Positions 58,283 through 64,000 of a stretch of 64,000 bases of DNA are shown in pieces. Source of the DNA: Acidimicrobiia bacterium. GTDB lineage: Bacteria; Actinomycetota; Acidimicrobiia; Spongiisociales; ZC4RG35. The position numbers and the translations under genes were made by a program. The notes below the pieces were generated by a model. It was given only the letters and a program-made list of their open reading frames with translations. It had not been told where the DNA came from and did no database searches. Each line of letters begins with the position of its first letter. The first letter of the stretch is position 1. Location of the stretch: contig JBGTLA010000053.1 of NCBI GenBank assembly GCA_041744375.1, positions 44,536-108,535 of the forward strand. The letters are read 5' to 3'.

Positions 58283-60940
58283 ATGGCTGACCAGCTGGCG
58301 AACGACGTTGCTGATTGGGTGACGATGCCCACCGAGGAAGTGGCCGGTGCCCTCGACGCCGGTCCGGAGGGTCTCAGCGCAGAAGAGGTGGCCGCACGCC
58401 AAGAGTCGTTTGGTCCCAACCTCCTGACCGAGGCCGACCCGCCGGGTGTTCTGGCGGTGCTGTTGCACCAGTTCCAGAGTCCGCTCGTATACATACTGCT
58501 GGTTGCCACGGCTGTCACCCTATTGATCGAGGAGTACGTCGACGCCGGTGTGATCTTCGCCGTCTTGGCTCTCAACGCCGGGATCGGCTTCTTCCAGGAG
58601 CGCAAGGCCGAGAACGCCGTCCGGGCCCTCATGGGTCTGGTCGCGCCAAAGGCTCATGTGGTCCGGTCGGGTGCGGACCGGGTGGTGGAGAGCAGCGAAC
58701 TCGTCCCGGGGGACCTCGTTTTGGTGGAATCGGGTCAGCGGGTGCCGGCCGATCTCCGCCTCGTATCGACCACCTCTCTGGCATGTGACGAGTCGCTCCT
58801 GACGGGCGAATCGACTCCGGTGGCCAAGCGAGCGGAGCCTTTGACCTCAGACTTGCCGCTCGGTGATCGAATCAACATGGCGTTCACCGGCACCGTGGTC
58901 ACCTCCGGGAGGGGTCGGGGGTATGTAGTGGCCACCGCTGACATCACCGAACTGGGCAAGATCGCCACCCAGATTCGCGAAGAGGTGGAGCCGGCCACCC
59001 CCCTCCAGCAGCGTATGACCCGCTTCGCCCGTATCGTTGGGGTGGCCGTGGCCCTGGCGGCGTTGGCCTCATTGCCGCTGGGGTTGATGCGGGGAGAGAC
59101 GCTGTCGGATATCTTCTTGGTGGGTGTGGCGCTGGCGGTGTCGGCCATACCCGAGGGATTGCCGGTCGTGTTCACGATCACACTGGCGGTGGGTGTGCAG
59201 CGGATGGCGCGGCGGAACGCCATCATTCGGCGACTCCCGGCCGTGGAGACTCTGGGCAGCATCACTGTCATCGGTTCCGACAAGACGGGGACGCTCACCA
59301 CCAACGAGATGACCGTGCAAGAGGTGTGGGCGGGCGGGCAGACCGTTTCCATCAGTGAACACGACGATGATGTGGGTGAGGCAATGCGCCTGACCCTGCT
59401 GGCGGGAGTGCTGGCCAATGAGGCGAGCATCCGGGTCACTGGTGACGAGGTCGTGACAACCGGGGACCCGACCGAGACCGCGCTCTTGGTTTCAGCTCGC
59501 CGTATGGGTGTCGATCCGAGCGTCGAGCGCCGGCTCTGGACATCGAGTGCTGAGATCCCATTCGAGCCGGAGAATCGGTTCGCCGCCAGCTTCCGAACAG
59601 ACGGTGAGCGTCACCTGGTGCTGGTCAAGGGCGCCCCCGAGCGGGTGCTGGACATGTGCGCCGACATGGCGACCGATTCCGGGTCGGCACCCCTCGACCC
59701 TCAGCTCGTCAAGGCCACAAACGCCGAGATGGCATCTCGCGGTCTGAGGGTGCTGGCCATGGCCTACCGGGACGACCCGAGCCCCCCTGGGGAGGTGGAA
59801 GAGCCCCAGGGCCTCACATTCCTAGGTTTGCAGGGAATGATCGACCCTCCCCGTGAGGGAGTGAAGGAAGCGATTGCCGGCTGTCAGCGCAGCGGCATCA
59901 GAGTGGTGATGATCACCGGCGACCACGCCGACACGGGTCTGGCCATCGCCACGGACGTCGGCCTCGCCTCCGCCGGCGACCCAGTCGTGACCGGCGAGGA
60001 CATGGAGCAGATGGATGACGAGGTCCTCCGAGACCGGGTTGGTGACGTGGCTGTCTTCGCCCGGGTCTCGCCTCAGCACAAGCTGCGAGTTGTTCGTGCC
60101 CTGCAAGCGAACTCAGAGGTGGTGGCCGTGACGGGTGACGGGGTGAACGACGCTCCCGCCCTCAAGGTGGCCGACGTGGGTGTCGCCATGGGCGAATCGG
60201 GTACCGACGTCGCCCGGGGCGCGGCCGACATGGTGTTGGCCGACGACAATTTCGTCAGCATCTATGAGTCGGTGCGGCAGGGTCGTGTCACTTTCGACAA
60301 CCTCAGAAAGGTCACGTTCTTTCTCATCTCCAGCGGCGCCGCCGAAATCCTGGTCATCCTGGTGGCGGTGGCGGCGGGGTGGCCTCTGCCGATGCTTCCC
60401 GCTCAGATCCTGTGGTTGAACCTCGTGACCAACGGTGTCCAAGATGTCGCCCTCGCCTTCGAACCTGGCGAGAAAGGAATCATCGATCGTCCGCCGCGTA
60501 GGCGTAACGAGGGCATCATCTCCCGTCTTCTCTGGGAGCGTACCGCCCTGACCGGGGTGGTGATGGCCGCCGGAACGCTCGGCATCTTCGGCTGGGTTCT
60601 CGACAGAACCGGTTCTCTCACTCAAGCTCAAAGTGCAGCCCTCACCGCGCTGGTGATCTTCCAGGCCGTTCACGCCGGGAATGCACGCTCCGAACACACG
60701 TCGGTCTTCAGGATCTCCCCGTTCTCGAACCCGTTCCTCCTCACCGCGGTGGCCGGAGCGGTGGGCCTGCACATCGGGGCCCTCTACCTTCCCTTCACCC
60801 AGTTCGTTCTCAGGGTCGAGCCGATCGATCTCACCACCTGGATGGTCATACTGGCCGTGAGCCTGTCGGTGCTGACGGCGGTTGAGGCCGACAAGTACAT
60901 CCGCCGGCGCTTCAGCCGATCAGGGGTCGGAGCGACCTGA
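58283..60940 (+). CDS. P-type cation-transporting ATPase (P2-type, CtpF/Ca2+-ATPase-like)
   Basis: 'DKTGTLT' phosphorylation motif, 'TGDGVNDAPAL' hinge and about 10 transmembrane helices in 885 aa. Confidence 0.9.
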   Translation: MADQLANDVADWVTMPTEEVAGALDAGPEGLSAEEVAARQESFGPNLLTEADPPGVLAVLLHQFQSPLVYILLVATAVTLLIEEYVDAGVIFAVLALNAGIGFFQERKAENAVRALMGLVAPKAHVVRSGADRVVESSELVPGDLVLVESGQRVPADLRLVSTTSLACDESLLTGESTPVAKRAEPLTSDLPLGDRINMAFTGTVVTSGRGRGYVVATADITELGKIATQIREEVEPATPLQQRMTRFARIVGVAVALAALASLPLGLMRGETLSDIFLVGVALAVSAIPEGLPVVFTITLAVGVQRMARRNAIIRRLPAVETLGSITVIGSDKTGTLTTNEMTVQEVWAGGQTVSISEHDDDVGEAMRLTLLAGVLANEASIRVTGDEVVTTGDPTETALLVSARRMGVDPSVERRLWTSSAEIPFEPENRFAASFRTDGERHLVLVKGAPERVLDMCADMATDSGSAPLDPQLVKATNAEMASRGLRVLAMAYRDDPSPPGEVEEPQGLTFLGLQGMIDPPREGVKEAIAGCQRSGIRVVMITGDHADTGLAIATDVGLASAGDPVVTGEDMEQMDDEVLRDRVGDVAVFARVSPQHKLRVVRALQANSEVVAVTGDGVNDAPALKVADVGVAMGESGTDVARGAADMVLADDNFVSIYESVRQGRVTFDNLRKVTFFLISSGAAEILVILVAVAAGWPLPMLPAQILWLNLVTNGVQDVALAFEPGEKGIIDRPPRRRNEGIISRLLWERTALTGVVMAAGTLGIFGWVLDRTGSLTQAQSAALTALVIFQAVHAGNARSEHTSVFRISPFSNPFLLTAVAGAVGLHIGALYLPFTQFVLRVEPIDLTTWMVILAVSLSVLTAVEADKYIRRRFSRSGVGAT

Positions 60941-61741
60941 GCCCTCGTCCTTGGATGGGGGAGGAACGATGAGGACGGCTGCTGTTGCCAGACGAGCGAT
61001 CGCGCCGGCGGTGGACCCCACGAGGACCCGCCGGAGGCCGGTGTGGCCCCGGGTGCCCATGACCAGCAGGTGAGCCGGAAGGGAATTGGCGTGCTCCAGG
61101 AGGGTGGCGGCCACCTGCTCTTCGGCCTCGGCGAGAACGATCTCGGGGTCGAACTCGGCCAGGGTCTGAGCGGCCCTCTCCAATCCCGTGGTTACCACCT
61201 GGCGGTCGCTGGCCAGCGTGTCGACCACACCGAGGACCGAGACGTGACTGGCCTGAGCCGCCAACGGCAACCGAGCGAATGTTTCGATCGCCCGGTGAGC
61301 ATGTTGCGATCCGTCGGTGCACACGAGGATGTGCTGAGCGGAGTCTGGAGTCTTGGCGATGACGAGGGGGGCGGGGGGGTGGTGGAGCAGGTGCTCGGCA
61401 GTGCTCCCCAGCAAAAGAGCTTTCAACCCAAAGCGCCCCTTCGGCCCCACCACTATCAGGTCGGCGTCGTGGCGGGAATCGAGGACCAGGCGGGCGTCGG
61501 CCGTCGCCTGCAGATGCCGGACGTCGCCGAGGCCACATTCGGCGAATGGCTTGCGGGGTGTGTCGGGCTGCCATCGGTGGAGCCTGACCGGGAGATCATC
61601 GCTCCACAAGTCTCCGGGGTCGTAGCGGGTATTGACGACTTCTACGGCCCAGCCGGACCAGCGCTGATGGTTGATCCACAGCCATGCTCGGTCGGCATAG
61701 GTCGAACCGTCGTCACCGAACACGATCAGACGTTCATTCAT
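60920..61741 (-). CDS. Universal stress protein (tandem UspA domains)
   Basis: Two USP domains with ATP-binding 'VMGTRGHTG...GSTA' style motifs. Confidence 0.8.
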   Translation of the reverse strand: MNERLIVFGDDGSTYADRAWLWINHQRWSGWAVEVVNTRYDPGDLWSDDLPVRLHRWQPDTPRKPFAECGLGDVRHLQATADARLVLDSRHDADLIVVGPKGRFGLKALLLGSTAEHLLHHPPAPLVIAKTPDSAQHILVCTDGSQHAHRAIETFARLPLAAQASHVSVLGVVDTLASDRQVVTTGLERAAQTLAEFDPEIVLAEAEEQVAATLLEHANSLPAHLLVMGTRGHTGLRRVLVGSTAGAIARLATAAVLIVPPPSKDEGSGRSDP

Positions 61742-61792
61742 GGGCGGCCTCCAGCGGCTGCTCGCAGGTTCGCGGGCACATATCTTGGTTGG

Positions 61793-62239
61793 TCAATCCC
61801 ACTCAGGAGGAATCTGGCTGTCGGGAAGTCTCCGACCCGTGATCTCATCGGGCAGGATCTGGACCCAGTGCATCGGTCGGAGAGCGGTGCGGAGCCAGGG
61901 CGACAGCCCGCACTCGGCCACCTCTGCCAGGTCGGCTTCGTCGACCGGGGTGCAGATGCCCCGGGCCAGGACACTCCAACCGGTGCGCTCGGCTGCGTTC
62001 CATCCATCGATCTCGAACGCCACTCGCCGACCACCACTTGCAGCCTGGAGCTTCGACCCTCCTGATGAGAGAAAATAGATGCGTCCTCGCCAGAATCGGT
62101 AGGCAACGGGCAGTATCACCGGCTCGTGGTCGTCGGTGACGAACCCCATCCGCCCCAACGTCTGGTCGTGGAGGATCCGAAGGCACTTCTCGCGGGTGAG
62201 GATCTCCATGCCGGCGTGGTCGAAGTGTCTGGCCATCAT
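61793..62239 (-). CDS. Pyridoxamine 5'-phosphate oxidase family (split-barrel flavin-binding) protein
   Basis: 'LTREKCLRILHDQTLGRMGFV' start of the PPOX fold. The exact start could be M1 or M11. Confidence 0.6.
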   Translation of the reverse strand: MMARHFDHAGMEILTREKCLRILHDQTLGRMGFVTDDHEPVILPVAYRFWRGRIYFLSSGGSKLQAASGGRRVAFEIDGWNAAERTGWSVLARGICTPVDEADLAEVAECGLSPWLRTALRPMHWVQILPDEITGRRLPDSQIPPEWD

Positions 62240-62245
62240 CTCGGT

Positions 62246-62683
62246 TCAGTCTTGTGCGTCTTTCGTGTCGACCACCAAGACGTCGCACGGGGCGTCGTGG
62301 ATTACCCCGCGGCTCGTCGAGCCCAGCACCAGGGAGGCGACACCGCCGAGGCCCCGGGTGCCGATGACGATCAGGTCTGCCTTTGCCTGGCGGGCGTAGT
62401 CGGTGATGGCCGAGGGTGGATATCCCTCGAGATCCACTCGCACCCATTCGAGGCCTGAGTCGTCGAGGAGGCGCGCAGCCTCTTCCCACACGGCCTTTCT
62501 CCCCGCCTGGGCGAAGGTCTCCAGTTCTGGGACGTATGCCATATGAATGGTGTACACCATGGCTGGCGGTTGGAAGACATGCACGACGTGGAGCTGGGCT
62601 CCCGTCAACCGTGCCTGTTCGATGGCGCGGCTGATGACTTTCTCTGCGGCCGGCGATCCGTCGGTGCCTGTCACGATGAGCAT
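62246..62683 (-). CDS. Universal stress protein
   Basis: Single USP domain ('MLIVTGTDGS...', 'VIGTRGLGGVASLVLGSTS'). Start at the internal Met. Confidence 0.8.
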   Translation of the reverse strand: MLIVTGTDGSPAAEKVISRAIEQARLTGAQLHVVHVFQPPAMVYTIHMAYVPELETFAQAGRKAVWEEAARLLDDSGLEWVRVDLEGYPPSAITDYARQAKADLIVIGTRGLGGVASLVLGSTSRGVIHDAPCDVLVVDTKDAQD

Positions 62684-62928
62684 GCGCGTTTCTCCTCTTC
62701 GGCCGGGTCGTGGCGCTCGACCACTTCTATTCAGCATCGCCCAGATCTGACCGGTTGGTTAGGGGCATTGTGCCTTCTTGGCGATGGCGGTGGTCCACAA
62801 GAACGCCATGAAAGACCGATAGCCGAGCCTGCCGCCGCGGGTACGCGCGGAGAACAACCTCCCTCGGGTTCGTCGTCGGGAACGATCAAGCGGGTCGCAG
62901 GGGCCGGTAAGAGACGATGGCGCTCGTC

Positions 62929-64000
62929 TCAGGGACGGAAGTAGCGGTCCTCTACGGCTGTGATCAGACCCGCCCTGATCCTCTCTGGATCCTCGCCACG
63001 AGATGTTAGGTCCTCGTTGCTGGCGAGCAGCTCTGCCAGAACCGAGTCTCCCAGCGCGTCCGCGGCCCAGCGCGAAAAGTCCCTTCGCCTGGCATGGTCC
63101 AGCACGGCCGCTGCTTGGGCCGACCGAAGGTTGCGGTGGAACTCGACCAGGTTCTGGGCGACCCTCTCTTGGGCCGATGCACCGTCGATGAAGCGGAAGT
63201 TCAGCATCGGCGGCAGGTTCGCCTCCACGTATTTGTGCCAGTGGCGGACATGGCGCGTAGTTCGGGGGGCCAATCGGAACAGTTGTGGCTCTCCAATTGG
63301 TGGCACCACGAGTGCCTCACCGAGGCGGGGCTGGGTGGCGGGGCCGGTCGGGTCGATCCCACGGGCCTCGAGGAGGGTTGAGATGGCGTCGCGAGCCTCG
63401 TCGTCGTATTCGGGTAGAATCAATAGCGCATCGAGTTCCTGAGTGAATCCAACAGGAAGGTCCTGAGGGCGGTACGTGACGGCGCAGACCCCGCGCGGCG
63501 CCTCTTGGGCAAGTTCGGTGAGACCGTCTTCATCCGACAGGAATCGGTGGGCTTCGTCGAGCACGAGCCAATGGGGGAGCCCGCGTGCCTGTCGCTCACG
63601 GGCCACCTCGGGCAACAACTCACGGACATAGGAATCCTGTTCGGAAGAAGACAAGAGCGACAGGTCGATCACGAGGCTGGTCGAGCGGTGATGCAGGATC
63701 TCGGCGACCCGGTGCGGATCGGGCAACGGCTGGTCGCCTCCCAGTGCCAAAACCTCTCGGAGGGAGGCGAGCTCAACGTGATCACCTTCCACGTCGACGA
63801 CAAGAACGGAGTAACCAAGACGGACGACCAGCTCCGTGAAGAGGCCGGCCGAGTAGGACTTGCCGGCCATGCTGCCCCCGGCGATGAGGAGGTTGTAGCG
63901 CGCGGCCGGAAGCCTTACCGGCCCATCACTCGCCTCGCCTAGCGCGATCGACCAACGGCTGGGAGGAAATCTCTTTAGTTCGGCGGTCGCCGTACCTGCC
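62929..64000 (-). CDS. P-loop NTPase (HerA/DUF87-like ATPase), 5' end beyond the window
   Basis: The frame stays open to the window edge. Walker A 'AGGSMAGKS' lies just upstream of the ORF-track Met, and Walker B-like 'LVLDEAHRF' follows. Confidence 0.5.
   Translation of the reverse strand, partial: AGTATAELKRFPPSRWSIALGEASDGPVRLPAARYNLLIAGGSMAGKSYSAGLFTELVVRLGYSVLVVDVEGDHVELASLREVLALGGDQPLPDPHRVAEILHHRSTSLVIDLSLLSSSEQDSYVRELLPEVARERQARGLPHWLVLDEAHRFLSDEDGLTELAQEAPRGVCAVTYRPQDLPVGFTQELDALLILPEYDDEARDAISTLLEARGIDPTGPATQPRLGEALVVPPIGEPQLFRLAPRTTRHVRHWHKYVEANLPPMLNFRFIDGASAQERVAQNLVEFHRNLRSAQAAAVLDHARRRDFSRWAADALGDSVLAELLASNEDLTSRGEDPERIRAGLITAVEDRYFRP

Noticed and set aside
61043-62065. 340-aa plus-strand ORF
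   Set aside because: Antisense to the tandem-USP and PPOX genes. No recognisable domains.

Overview
This 64 kb window is a high-GC, gene-dense chromosomal segment, actinobacterial in style, with many ATGA/GTGA start-stop overlaps. It holds about 60 protein-coding genes. No rRNA, tRNA, CRISPR array or obvious mobile element was seen. By position:
(i) 1-6.7 kb: a catabolic cluster with a TPP enzyme, a 4-OT tautomerase, a KGSADH-type aldehyde dehydrogenase, an FAH-family protein and pckA.
(ii) 6.7-9.6 kb: a CPBP intramembrane protease and a large membrane alpha/beta-hydrolase.
(iii) 10-16 kb: a redox and small-molecule block with a Zn-ADH, an L-lactate permease, a redoxin whose active-site Cys codon is an in-frame TGA (candidate selenoprotein), an LLM oxidoreductase, OsmC and DUF302.
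(iv) 16-27 kb: a cAMP-signalling neighbourhood with a membrane class III cyclase, a ~1180-aa Zn-ribbon/cyclase/AAA/TPR protein and a standalone cNMP-binding protein, plus DMGDH, an ALDH and an RRM protein.
(v) 28-32.7 kb: a large NAD-specific glutamate dehydrogenase.
(vi) 32.9-41.5 kb: a glycan/glycolipid locus with GT4, an (alpha/alpha)6-like protein, an extended GH130 phosphorylase, a second GT4, a translationally coupled patatin/PlsC-acyltransferase pair, a hexapeptide acetyltransferase and a DPM1-like GT2.
(vii) 41.6-42.8 kb: a divergent MarR/NmrA pair with an AT-rich palindromic operator.
(viii) 42.8-48.7 kb: a group 3b [NiFe]-hydrogenase operon (beta, gamma, small, large, maturation protease, hypC) with a standalone cNMP-binding-domain gene translationally coupled between the beta and gamma subunit genes and a CBS-BON gene upstream.
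(ix) 48.9-55.3 kb: a sigma-70 factor, a GerMN lipoprotein, an S2P-CBS protease and a CNNM/CorC protein.
(x) 55.5-57.7 kb: a second GH130/GT4 pair.
(xi) 58.3-62.7 kb: a dormancy-like set with a CtpF-like P-type ATPase, universal stress proteins and a PPOX-family protein.
(xii) 62.9 kb to the window end: a truncated P-loop ATPase.
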